Shown here piece after piece: positions 10,304 through 19,010 of a stretch of 41,312 nt of DNA (the stretch's first letter is position 1; each line of letters opens with the position of its first letter). The stretch lies in the NCBI GenBank assembly GCA_017549265.1, contig JAFYVF010000035.1:1-41312 (forward strand). Direction: 5' to 3'. The notes beneath the pieces are model-generated. The model saw only the letters and a program-made list of their open reading frames with translations, was not told where the DNA came from and made no database searches. The position numbers were made by a program, and so were the translations under genes. This DNA is from Clostridia bacterium. Lineage in GTDB: Bacteria; Bacillota; Clostridia; UMGS1840.

Positions 10304-11401
10304 ATGAAAAAACTGATTATTGAAACCGATAAATTAGCGGAAAATATTCAAAATATCCAAACATTCTGTAAGGATAATACCATTTTTGCAGTGGTAAAAG
10401 GGGATGGCTACGGGTTATCGTTGCTTCCTTATGCTCGCTTTTTGTTAAAACAGGGGATTACCCATTTTGCAGTGTCGGAATCTATGGAAGCCATTGCCCT
10501 AAAAAGTGACGAGGATTTTTCGGATGCAACTGTTTTACTGTTAACTCCTGAAAACAATCCCGATATTGTGAAAGAGTTATTGCAAAAAGGGGTTACCTTA
10601 ACCGTGGGAGCAACTGCTCACTTGGAACTCATTGCAAAAGTTTCCAAAGAAACGGAACTTGCACCCTCGGTTCATATTAAAGTGGACACAGGATTTGGAA
10701 GATTCGGTTTTTCCTATCGGGATGAAAAAGCCATTCTGTCCGCTTTCGAAAAACACGGAAAAACCGTGAATATTACAGGGGTTTTTACCCATTATTCCTG
10801 TTCCTTTGAACCCAAATATCAAATCACTAAAATGCAGGACGAGCGTTTTGATGTGATTTTAGACAAAGTAAAAGCACAAAATCCCGATTTGTTTTCCAAA
10901 CTCACTATCCATAGCGCCAACTCCTGCGGTGCATTGTTATATCCCAACAAAAACCGCAATGCCGTTCGGATTGGCTCCGCGTTTTTGGGACGTCTTCCTA
11001 TGAAAGCACCCGTAAAATTAAATCGGATTGCTTATCTTGAGGTGCGAGTGCTGGATGTAAACTCCTTACAAAAAGGGGATAATGTTGCTTACGGAAATAC
11101 CTACAAAGCAAAAGAAGATATCAACACTGCTGTCATCGGAATTGGTTATAAAGACGGATTTTTCACCACCAAGTTAAACGATGCATACCGTCCCATCGAT
11201 GTGCTTCGTTATCTGGTTACCGACCTTCGTTCCATCGGGAAAAAACAGTATTTATATCAGGGAAAATATGAAATTTTAGGACGTGTGGGAATGTATTGTG
11301 CTATCGTGAGAAACGACGGCACGCTTCACACAGGGGATCTTGTAAAAGTGGATTGTAATCCCTTGTTTATTGATTCTTCTATCCAAAGAGAATACCGCTA
11401 A
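10304..11401 (+). CDS. Alanine racemase family (fold-type III PLP) protein, atypical
   Basis: ATG at 10304 is preceded by AGAGGA. The PLP-lysine context is AVVKGDGYG (compare VVKANAYGHG), with IHSANS, the tyrosine region VAYGNTY, and GRVGMY (compare GRVSMD). The longer ORF starting at 10241 overlaps the radical SAM gene and has no RBS. Confidence 0.65.
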   Translation: MKKLIIETDKLAENIQNIQTFCKDNTIFAVVKGDGYGLSLLPYARFLLKQGITHFAVSESMEAIALKSDEDFSDATVLLLTPENNPDIVKELLQKGVTLTVGATAHLELIAKVSKETELAPSVHIKVDTGFGRFGFSYRDEKAILSAFEKHGKTVNITGVFTHYSCSFEPKYQITKMQDERFDVILDKVKAQNPDLFSKLTIHSANSCGALLYPNKNRNAVRIGSAFLGRLPMKAPVKLNRIAYLEVRVLDVNSLQKGDNVAYGNTYKAKEDINTAVIGIGYKDGFFTTKLNDAYRPIDVLRYLVTDLRSIGKKQYLYQGKYEILGRVGMYCAIVRNDGTLHTGDLVKVDCNPLFIDSSIQREYR

Positions 11402-11424
11402 AACCTTGAAAGGAGAAGCGATTT

Positions 11425-12702
11425 ATGGAATATATTTTATTGGCATTATCCTTGGTGATTCTGGTGCTTCTGATTGTGCTTTTGGTGTCTAAAAACAATC
11501 AGAATGATTTTTCCAATCTCCGTATGGAACTTATCAATCAGATGAAAAATATGTCTGATATGTTATCAGAATCCCAAAAACAGAGTTCCCAGCATCAGGA
11601 TGACCGTATCAAAGATTTGAATAACCGTTTTGAATCCTTTCAGAAAGATGTGTCCGAACGGTTAAAATCTTCCGAAGAGCGTTTGAATCAGTTTTCACTA
11701 AACAATGAGAAGAAACTGGAGCAGATTCGTGAAACGGTGGAAAACAAATTAACCCATATGCAGGAAGACAACAATAAAAAACTGGAAAAAATGCGGGAAA
11801 CCGTGGACGAAAAACTGCAGAAAACCTTAGAAGACCGTATCGGAAAATCCTTCCAGTTGGTATCAGAACGGCTGGAAGAAGTGTATAAAGGCTTAGGGGA
11901 AATGAAAACCCTGGCGTCAGGTGTGGGGGACTTAAAGAAAGTGCTCTCCAATGTAAAAACCCGTGGTATTTTAGGGGAAATTCAGCTTGGAGCTATCCTG
12001 GAGCAGATGTTCTCGCCCGACCAGTATGAGCAAAATGTGGCGGTGAAAAAGGGAAGCGCCAATGTGGTGGAATTTGCTATCCGTTTACCGGGTGACGGGG
12101 AAGAACCCCTCTATTTACCCATCGACGCCAAATTCCCTGTGGATGCCTATACTCAGTTAACCGATGCATACGACAGTGGCGATGTTTCTCAGATTGAAAC
12201 AGCAAAAACCGCATTGGACCGTCGTATCAAACAGTTTGCGAAAGACATCAGCGAAAAATACATATCCCCTCCGGAAACCACTGATTTTGCCATTATGTTT
12301 TTGCCTGTGGAAGGTTTGTATGCAGAGGTGGTACGTCACGGTATGGTGGAAGTGTTACAGCGTGATTATAAAGTGAATATTGCAGGCCCCACCACCATTT
12401 GTGCTTTCCTTCAGAGTTTGCAGATGGGCTTTAAGACTTTGGCAATTCAGAAACGTTCCGGTGAAGTGTGGAATGTACTGGGTGCCGTAAAATCCGAATT
12501 TCAGAAATTCTCCGATGTGATTAAACAAGCTCAGCAACGCTTAGACCAGGCACACGGAGAACTGGAAAAATTAGTGGGAGTAAGAACCCGTGCCATTGTG
12601 CGTAAATTAAACAGCGTTTCTTCTTTATCGGAAGAAGAAACCAAAAAGATATTACCCGATGTTCCCGAATTTTTGGATGCAAATGAACCGATAGAAGAAT
12701 AA
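11425..12702 (+). CDS. rmuC: DNA recombination protein RmuC
   Basis: N-terminal TM helix, a long coiled coil, and a conserved C-terminal nuclease-like domain (GILGEIQLG..., DFAIMFLPVEGLY). RBS GAAAGGAG. Confidence 0.85.
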   Translation: MEYILLALSLVILVLLIVLLVSKNNQNDFSNLRMELINQMKNMSDMLSESQKQSSQHQDDRIKDLNNRFESFQKDVSERLKSSEERLNQFSLNNEKKLEQIRETVENKLTHMQEDNNKKLEKMRETVDEKLQKTLEDRIGKSFQLVSERLEEVYKGLGEMKTLASGVGDLKKVLSNVKTRGILGEIQLGAILEQMFSPDQYEQNVAVKKGSANVVEFAIRLPGDGEEPLYLPIDAKFPVDAYTQLTDAYDSGDVSQIETAKTALDRRIKQFAKDISEKYISPPETTDFAIMFLPVEGLYAEVVRHGMVEVLQRDYKVNIAGPTTICAFLQSLQMGFKTLAIQKRSGEVWNVLGAVKSEFQKFSDVIKQAQQRLDQAHGELEKLVGVRTRAIVRKLNSVSSLSEEETKKILPDVPEFLDANEPIEE

Positions 12703-12706
12703 GAAG

Positions 12707-14164
12707 GTGTGTTTTTTGAAATTTAATCCCAACATCAATTTGTCTATGCTGACGGACTTTTATGAATTCACCATGTCCAACGGTTATTTTAAAAACGGTA
12801 TGAAAGATACCGAGGTTGCTTTTGATTTGTTTTTCAGAAAAGTCCCCAACGACGGTGGTTACGCCATTATGGCAGGGCTTGAGCAGATGATTGAGTATAT
12901 CAACAATCTGCATTTTTCCGAAGAAGACGTGGCATATTTACGTGGGAAAGGTATTTTTTCAGAGGAGTTTTTAGAATATCTTTCAAACTTTTCTTTTTCC
13001 TGCTCTGTTTGGGCAATTCCCGAGGGAACGCCTATTTTCCCCATGGAACCCGTGGTTACGGTTCGTGGTCCTGTGATTGAAGCACAGCTGATGGAAACGA
13101 TGCTACTGTTAACCGTGAACCATCAGTCGTTGATTGCCACCAAAGCAAACAGAATTGTGCAGGCTTCCGAGGGAAGAGCAGTGATGGAATTCGGCTCCCG
13201 CCGTGCCCAGGGTTATGACGGTGCCATCTACGGAGCAAGAGCTGCATATATTGGCGGATGCGCAGGAACTGCCTGCACCGTGACTGACCAGCTGTTTGAC
13301 ATTCCTGCTTTGGGAACGATGGCACATAGCTGGGTGCAGATGTTTGACACTGAACTGGAAGCATTCCAAACTTATGCAAGATGTTATCCCAATGATTGCA
13401 CCTTGCTTGTGGATACCTACAATGTGCTAAAATCCGGGATTCCCAATGCCATTAAGGCATTTGATACCGAGGTAGTGCCCCGGGGATTTCGTCCCAAAGG
13501 CATCCGTATAGACAGCGGCGATATCACCTATTTATCCAAAAAAGCAAGAAAAATGCTGGATGACGCAGGGTATCCCGATGTAAAGATTGTGGCATCCAAC
13601 TCTTTGGATGAATATATCATCCGTGATATGCTAAATCAGGGTGCAAAAGTGGATACCTTCGGCGTTGGGGAACGCCTTATCACATCCAAATCCGAACCCG
13701 TTTTCGGTGGTGTGTATAAATTAGTGTCCGTGTTCCGAGACGGTGAAGAAATTCCCAAAATTAAACTGTCGGAAAATGTATCGAAAATTACTATTCCGGG
13801 ATTCAAAAGTCTGTATCGCCTATATTCCAACGAAACAGGAAAAGCGATTGCAGATGTTATCACAAAGTATGAAGAAAATTTTGACGGCGTGACTGAGTAC
13901 GAGCTTTTTGACCCCCAGTATACCTGGAAAAGAAAAATCGTAACCAACTTTACTGCCAAAAAATTATTATTGCCCATTTTTGAAAACGGGAAACAGGTGT
14001 ATACCTCTCCCACCTTAAAAGAGTTAAAAAATTATTGCCAAAACGAGGTGGCAACCCTTTGGGATGAAGTCACCCGATTTGAAAATCCCCATACTTATTA
14101 TGTGGATTTATCTCCCGATTTATGGCAAATTCGGGAAAACATGCTCCAGCATCACAACGCATAA
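12707..14164 (+). CDS. pncB: Nicotinate phosphoribosyltransferase
   Basis: The N-terminus SMLTDFYEFTMSNGYF, plus EFGSRRAQG, GTMAHSWVQ and GIRIDSGD, are NAPRTase signatures. The start is ambiguous: GTG 12707, TTG 12716 or ATG 12746. Confidence 0.85.
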   Translation: MCFLKFNPNINLSMLTDFYEFTMSNGYFKNGMKDTEVAFDLFFRKVPNDGGYAIMAGLEQMIEYINNLHFSEEDVAYLRGKGIFSEEFLEYLSNFSFSCSVWAIPEGTPIFPMEPVVTVRGPVIEAQLMETMLLLTVNHQSLIATKANRIVQASEGRAVMEFGSRRAQGYDGAIYGARAAYIGGCAGTACTVTDQLFDIPALGTMAHSWVQMFDTELEAFQTYARCYPNDCTLLVDTYNVLKSGIPNAIKAFDTEVVPRGFRPKGIRIDSGDITYLSKKARKMLDDAGYPDVKIVASNSLDEYIIRDMLNQGAKVDTFGVGERLITSKSEPVFGGVYKLVSVFRDGEEIPKIKLSENVSKITIPGFKSLYRLYSNETGKAIADVITKYEENFDGVTEYELFDPQYTWKRKIVTNFTAKKLLLPIFENGKQVYTSPTLKELKNYCQNEVATLWDEVTRFENPHTYYVDLSPDLWQIRENMLQHHNA

Positions 14165-14262
14165 CTTTCATCAGTTGAGCATATCATTAGCGTAAAATAG
14201 GGAAATCACGATAAGATTTTCTTTTTATGCTGTAAAAGTCTACTGGTGAAAGGAGGGAAATT

Positions 14263-14919
14263 ATGGACCAGGTTTTTTTAAATCAAAGCTTAATGTATCT
14301 TGCACGATTGGTTGTTGCAGGTTTGTGTGGTGTAGTTATCGGTTTTGAAAGAACCAACCGTGCCAAAGAAGCGGGGCTTCGAACTCACTGTATTGTAGCG
14401 ATTGCATCCTGCCTTATGATGTTGGTTTCCATTTATGGCTTTATGAACATTGAAGGCGTTACTACCCGTGATCCTGCCCGTATTGCGGCGCAGATTGTCA
14501 GCGGGATTGGTTTTTTGGGTGCCGGTATGGTATTTGTGAAGCATCAGATGATTAGCGGCTTAACCACAGCAGCGGGAATCTGGGCAACTGCGGGAATTGG
14601 TATGGCAATTGGTTGTGGCATGTATGTGGTAGGTGTTGCTGGTACACTTCTTATTTTGTTGGCACAAACCGTTTTGCATTTTCGCGGCAGATTTACTGCC
14701 AAACCGAGAAGTAAGATTCTCACTGTCAAAAACATTGAGAATGCAGACGTGATTAAAGAACGTTTTCAGGACAACAAAATCATTGTTTTTGATACCAATG
14801 TGGTTAAGAAAAACGGAATGTTTACTTATGTGTTTTATGTTGACATTCCTTACGATTTGAATGAAGAAGAGTTTCTTCGTTCCATTCCCTATGATTGCGG
14901 ATTAAAAAGCGAATTGTAA
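14263..14919 (+). CDS. MgtC/SapB family membrane protein
   Basis: GFERTNRAKEAGLRTH and GIWATAGIGMAIG motifs, 4-5 TM helices and a soluble C-terminal domain. Strong RBS GAAAGGAGGG. Confidence 0.8.
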   Translation: MDQVFLNQSLMYLARLVVAGLCGVVIGFERTNRAKEAGLRTHCIVAIASCLMMLVSIYGFMNIEGVTTRDPARIAAQIVSGIGFLGAGMVFVKHQMISGLTTAAGIWATAGIGMAIGCGMYVVGVAGTLLILLAQTVLHFRGRFTAKPRSKILTVKNIENADVIKERFQDNKIIVFDTNVVKKNGMFTYVFYVDIPYDLNEEEFLRSIPYDCGLKSEL

Positions 14920-14930
14920 AACCAAAAGAG

Positions 14931-14969
14931 AAAAAAGGAACTGCTCCCAAGGGAGACAGTTCCTTTTTT
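14931..14969. terminator. Bidirectional rho-independent terminator between convergent units
   Basis: A6 run, a GC-rich stem GGAACTGCTCC/GGAG(A)CAGTTCC, then a T6 run. It lies between the mgtC-family stop (14919) and the stop of the minus-strand YaaL-like ORF (15022). Confidence 0.75.
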
Positions 14970-15021
14970 CTTAAGAGAGGATTTAAAAAATTGAGATAGA
15001 AATGGTTCGTGTAAGAAACGC

Positions 15022-15252
15022 TTAAGAATGCACTGCCACTGCCTCTTTGGATTCCTTAATGGCAACATCCAGTCGTTTCTTTGCTAAGTTTAAATTCATA
15101 ATGGCAATGTCGATATATTCGTCTCGGGTTGCCTCGTTGAATTTGTTCCAGGCAACGGCAACTTCCTGCCTTGCTTCCATCACCGCATCCAAGGAAGGGT
15201 TTTCTTCCGGCTTTTGGAACAGGGCTGCAATTTTTTTTAAGAGCTTTTCCAC
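15022..15252 (-). CDS. YaaL/DUF2508-like small protein
   Basis: 76-aa ORF with a GTG start preceded by AAAGGCGGA. The pattern EARQEVAVAWNKFNEATRDEYIDIAIMNLNLAKKRLDVAIKESKE matches my recollection of the DUF2508 profile (..eW...F......IDyaIy.l.Aae.ry..Llkeak). Confidence 0.55.
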   Translation of the reverse strand: MEKLLKKIAALFQKPEENPSLDAVMEARQEVAVAWNKFNEATRDEYIDIAIMNLNLAKKRLDVAIKESKEAVAVHS

Positions 15253-15319
15253 AACAGATCCGCCTTTCTGATATTTTTTCTATCTAAAGTATATTCCTGA
15301 TTGCTAAAAAATATACCTT

Positions 15320-17188
15320 TTAGAAAGTAGTTTCTTTTTCTTTTGTCAGGTAATTTTCGTGAGCTTGTAAATGTTCTTCCCAAAGGTTAGCAATTTGGGG
15401 ATCTTTTTCCTCCAATTCTTCAAATTCCTGCGTCATCAGGTATTTGGTGTGTTCTTCAATATGAATTTCGTGATGGTCACGTGCTTTCACGGGACATAAA
15501 ATTTTTTCGCGCATTTTCAGGTTTTCACGGGATGCTTTTGTTGCGTGAAGGGTTTCTGTTTCCATTTTGTTTTCCCAGTCACCCATTTTCAGCATAGAAA
15601 GAATTTTGGATTTTGCGCAGGGGGTGATTTTGCCTGTTTTTGGGTCGGTAAAAAGTCCCATAGAATACAGTTCACGAATCAGTTCTCGTTTTACTGTCAG
15701 TGAATTTTCAATTTCATTCTGGGTGGTGAGTTCCAACTGTTCGGGAAGCAAATTGGCTTTGCTCCAACGAATGAGGGCGTTATCCGTATCATCACCGCCT
15801 AAATGAAGCATTCTTTCAAACAGTGCAAACTGACGGTATAACCGTAACCAGTGTTTGCCAACCTCCAACACTGCATTCCGAATATTTTCCGCACTGACCG
15901 CCAGACGGTTGTCATCCTGCTGAGACAAAATGCTTAACGCTGTTCCTGAAATAACGTTGGTTGGAGTGGAAGAATAACGGGACAGTTCCGAAATACCTGA
16001 AATAGAAACAAACGCTTCTTCCAGACGATCCTGTTTGGATAAGAAACTGTAGGGCAGGGCAGGAGTGTCCATAAATCGAGGCGGCTCGCTTCCTCTTAAG
16101 TACACAATGGGCATTCCGGGCGGCATACCGTAGTATTCTAAGCTATCCACATCCACACTGCCGTCTTCTATCACGGGAATGCCCAAAGCGGCACGATTCA
16201 AATATTCATTGATTCGATTTTGAATTGCGTTGTAATCTCGTTGAATGGGAATTAAGCGTTCAATGATACTGGTTCCGAAAAAACAGCCGGGACGGGCTAC
16301 GGATACCTGTTTTACAAAAGGATAGCCCCTGGTGTGATATTTCGCATTCAGATAGGGGAGCGGTCCTTCGTACAAAAGAATTTGATTATAATATGCCACA
16401 ATCAGAAGGCGTCCGTCCGGATGTTTTTTTGTGGGCTTTTCGTAGTATTCCAACACAATGTCGTATCCGTCTTTTACCTCCTGACCAACACTTTCCAGAC
16501 TACCGGTCCAACCAAGACCACCCGTTACGTTGGTCACGTTTGTCATAGAAAACAAATTGACGGGATGCCCTTTTAATTCCTGTCCCCACTTTTCTTTGAT
16601 TTCGTCCACATGATAAGGATGCGCGTGGATGATGCTTCTTTGTTCGACAATCTGTTCCGTGTAAAGGCTTTCAGGGTAAATTTCATACGGGCTTAACACA
16701 ACGGTATCCACTTCACCTGCCTTTATCGGCTCTTTTTCATCCAGATACAGAAAATCTCCCTGGTCTTTTTGCCAGACAGTTTTGTAAAATGCAGTGCCGA
16801 GCATTTCTGAAATAGCAACAGCATTTGCAATTTTTTCAGAGAAGTTTAACTGTTTGGAAACGGTGTTTAAAACAGCTGTGGAAATTTTTGCATTGGCAAT
16901 ATCGTTTAAATCGGAGCTGTCTGTAAAAGCGCCAATCTGGGGAACCACTCCCGACAGTTTTGCAATTCTGGTTTCCATAATGGGCGCAATATTGTTATAA
17001 ACTGCTCGTTCCTGGTAATCGTAGAGTTTTTCCACCGAATAGATTTTTCTGCCGTTATAATCCACGTCACAATATTGGTTTCCGTTTAAAAAGTTAATGT
17101 TTAAGTTCCATTTTAATTCTAAAGAACTTCGTTTTTCTTTTCTGTCGTGAAACTCATTACACACAAAAATTGGCAGTGTATCAGGCAT
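15320..17188 (-). CDS. Phage portal-like protein (orphan; no other virion genes in the window)
   Basis: 622-aa soluble ORF. The N-terminal WNLNINFLNGNQY, the following NNIAPIMETRIAKL...VPQ region, a central DYNAIQNRINEYLNRAA...PPGMPIVY...P..MD segment and an acidic helical C-terminus resemble tailed-phage portal proteins. This is by-eye recognition only. Confidence 0.5.
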   Translation of the reverse strand: MPDTLPIFVCNEFHDRKEKRSSLELKWNLNINFLNGNQYCDVDYNGRKIYSVEKLYDYQERAVYNNIAPIMETRIAKLSGVVPQIGAFTDSSDLNDIANAKISTAVLNTVSKQLNFSEKIANAVAISEMLGTAFYKTVWQKDQGDFLYLDEKEPIKAGEVDTVVLSPYEIYPESLYTEQIVEQRSIIHAHPYHVDEIKEKWGQELKGHPVNLFSMTNVTNVTGGLGWTGSLESVGQEVKDGYDIVLEYYEKPTKKHPDGRLLIVAYYNQILLYEGPLPYLNAKYHTRGYPFVKQVSVARPGCFFGTSIIERLIPIQRDYNAIQNRINEYLNRAALGIPVIEDGSVDVDSLEYYGMPPGMPIVYLRGSEPPRFMDTPALPYSFLSKQDRLEEAFVSISGISELSRYSSTPTNVISGTALSILSQQDDNRLAVSAENIRNAVLEVGKHWLRLYRQFALFERMLHLGGDDTDNALIRWSKANLLPEQLELTTQNEIENSLTVKRELIRELYSMGLFTDPKTGKITPCAKSKILSMLKMGDWENKMETETLHATKASRENLKMREKILCPVKARDHHEIHIEEHTKYLMTQEFEELEEKDPQIANLWEEHLQAHENYLTKEKETTF

Positions 17189-17432
17189 TTTTAGATTCCT
17201 CAGCCACTTGTGCTTTATAGGGATTCTGATGATACATTCCGCGTTTTACAGCAGATTTTTTTAAATCTTTTAAACGGGTTAAAAGTTTTTGCGCACGCTT
17301 TTTCTTTTCTTCTTCCTCTTTTTTTCGTTGCTGTGCAGCTGCTTTATCGTACTGATTATGATTGGGGCTGTACAGATTATAGGCACGATTGTAGGATTTG
17401 AATTTTTCGTTTTCTTCTTTGGTAAAGTTCAT
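17181..17432 (-). CDS. Hypothetical Lys/Glu-rich small protein
   Basis: 83-aa ORF with RBS GAGGTGA upstream. Its stop overlaps the portal-like start by 8 nt. A charged coiled-coil-like core (QQRKKEEEEKKKRAQKLL) is present. No family recognised. Confidence 0.45.
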   Translation of the reverse strand: MNFTKEENEKFKSYNRAYNLYSPNHNQYDKAAAQQRKKEEEEKKKRAQKLLTRLKDLKKSAVKRGMYHQNPYKAQVAEESKNA

Positions 17433-17478
17433 AGGTTCACCTCAAATAAAATAAGATTTTAGGACACTACTCACTGAA

Positions 17479-17508
17479 AGCATACCAAAGAAAGAATCCA
17501 TTTGGCAA
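17479..17508 (-). promoter_or_regulatory. Candidate sigma-A-type promoter upstream of the 83-aa/portal-like/YaaL-like genes
   Basis: Read on the minus strand: TTGCCA, an 18-nt spacer, then TATGCT with an extended -10 TG (TGgTATGCT). This lies about 45 nt upstream of the ATG at 17432. I found no convincing terminator between spoIIIAH and this site. Confidence 0.3.
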
Positions 17509-17533
17509 GGTCAGATTTTTCTCTTTGTTTTGG

Positions 17534-18040
17534 TTAATTTGTTTCAATAATTTTTAAGTTTTTCGGGTCGATGCCGGCTTCACTTTTCATGGTATCTCGA
17601 ATTTTGGCAAGTTCCTGGGGTGTTAAGCCATCTGATTTAACACTAACTGTGGCATCCGGTGAACTTAAAAATACGTTTACATTGGTAAAGCCTTTTTCGG
17701 TGAGAATTTGTTCTGCAATGGTTTCCTTTTCCATATCTTGGGCAATTCGGATAATTTCGCCTTGGGCTTCTGCTTTTTTCTCCGGGTCTGCATTTTCATC
17801 TTCAGATACAATTTGCAAAAGTGATACCGCTTCGCTGCGTTCTTTTTCCAATGTAACATCTGAAGACACATATTTAGCTTCTCCGTATGTGGTTCCTTCG
17901 TCATAGCTTTCATTGGCAGGTGGCAGGGTTAAGGACACGGTCTGTACTTCTGAGTGATTGATGTAGTTGACTACCCCTGCGGTTGCCAAAAGAGCGGTGC
18001 ACACCACTGCCGCAATTTTTCGTTTGTGCAATAAAATCAT
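17534..18040 (-). CDS. spoIIIAH: Stage III sporulation protein AH
   Basis: Last gene of the spoIIIA operon. N-terminal TM anchor plus a YscJ/FliF-like C-terminal domain (FTNVNVFLSSPDATVSVKSDGLTPQELAKIRD). Confidence 0.8.
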   Translation of the reverse strand: MILLHKRKIAAVVCTALLATAGVVNYINHSEVQTVSLTLPPANESYDEGTTYGEAKYVSSDVTLEKERSEAVSLLQIVSEDENADPEKKAEAQGEIIRIAQDMEKETIAEQILTEKGFTNVNVFLSSPDATVSVKSDGLTPQELAKIRDTMKSEAGIDPKNLKIIETN

Positions 18041-18067
18041 AGTTACTTTTCCTTTCTGATTGTCTTT

Positions 18068-18598
18068 TTAATGGGCTGGATAAGAATCGAAAATCACCTC
18101 CACAGTGTGTAAATCTGCTCCGAGAGAGCCTCTTGCTGCCCGATATAACAGTTCCTCGGTTTCTCTGCTGTAAGGAGCAAAGCAAAAGACACAAACGCCC
18201 TTAATGCGTGGCTGATGCTTGTTTTTTATCTGAATATTTTTATTGGCATCCAAAACGGGCTTTTGATCTTTTTTCTGTTGTAATGCTCCCGTGGCACTTT
18301 TGGTTTCTGCAGTTACGGTTTCCTCACTTACAACTTCCACTTCGCCCGTGTCGGCATATGCAATCAGCACACGAACTTCATGACCTGTTATTTTGCTTAG
18401 AAGTTCTTCAAATTCTCGGGTTGGCAAGTTCTGTTGGTTTATCATATTCGTTGGGGGAGAATTTGATGCTTTTTTGGAGGGGGAAGATGGAAATAAAAGC
18501 AGAATTGTGCCTATGAGTAACAGCATCACAATCAGTTTGATTCGTTTGCCTTTAGGACATTTCGTCCAGAAATTCTTCAGTGGGGTAAACCACTTCAT
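18068..18598 (-). CDS. spoIIIAG: Stage III sporulation protein AG
   Basis: Single N-terminal TM helix followed by a ring-building-motif-like domain (VRVLIAYADTGEVEVV..., IKGVCVFC). Operon position between AF and AH. Confidence 0.8.
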   Translation of the reverse strand: MKWFTPLKNFWTKCPKGKRIKLIVMLLLIGTILLLFPSSPSKKASNSPPTNMINQQNLPTREFEELLSKITGHEVRVLIAYADTGEVEVVSEETVTAETKSATGALQQKKDQKPVLDANKNIQIKNKHQPRIKGVCVFCFAPYSRETEELLYRAARGSLGADLHTVEVIFDSYPAH

Positions 18599-19004
18599 AA
18601 GGAAAGTCTCCTTTCAGTACTGCTTGAATTTTTGCAGATTCTTCTTTGGTGAACACGGTGACACAGAGGATTTCATATTGGTCGTTTAATTGAACCGTAA
18701 CCTGCGAAACAGATAGATTATTTCGGGAAAGTTCCTCTGTAATCTGAGTGGCAATTTGGGTTTCGTATTCTTGGAGTAACAAATTTTCTTCCTCGGTTTC
18801 ATATTCGGTAAAGGTGAATTCGGGGAGTGCAAACTTTATGCCAAACAGTGAGGATAACAGGAATAAAAATAAGAATAAACGAATGGAAAATTGTACATAT
18901 TTCCGAAAGGAATCGGTGGATAACAGTTCTTTTAAAAATTCACACACCAAAACAATCAGCACAACCTGTTTTAAATTGGAAATCCATTCAGACACTGATA
19001 TCAC
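18552..19004 (-). CDS. spoIIIAF: Stage III sporulation protein AF
   Basis: Two N-terminal TM helices (MISVSEWISNLKQVVLIVLVCEFLKELL resembles the Bacillus SpoIIIAF N-terminus). Operon position. Its end overlaps the spoIIIAG start. Confidence 0.7.
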   Translation of the reverse strand: MISVSEWISNLKQVVLIVLVCEFLKELLSTDSFRKYVQFSIRLFLFLFLLSSLFGIKFALPEFTFTEYETEEENLLLQEYETQIATQITEELSRNNLSVSQVTVQLNDQYEILCVTVFTKEESAKIQAVLKGDFPYEVVYPTEEFLDEMS

Positions 19005-19010
19005 TTCCTT

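Noticed and set aside
12521-12913. 130-aa minus-strand ORF bridging the rmuC/pncB junction.
   Set aside because: It is antisense to two well-supported genes and carries no recognisable motifs.
14165-14262. Looked for an M-box (Mg2+) riboswitch upstream of the mgtC-family gene.
   Set aside because: The 98-nt gap is too short for the roughly 160-nt M-box, and no extended helices were seen.
15047-15271. 74-aa plus-strand ORF antisense to the YaaL-like gene.
   Set aside because: The minus-strand frame has an RBS and a recognisable DUF2508-like motif. It also fits the orientation of the surrounding minus-strand unit and the terminator.
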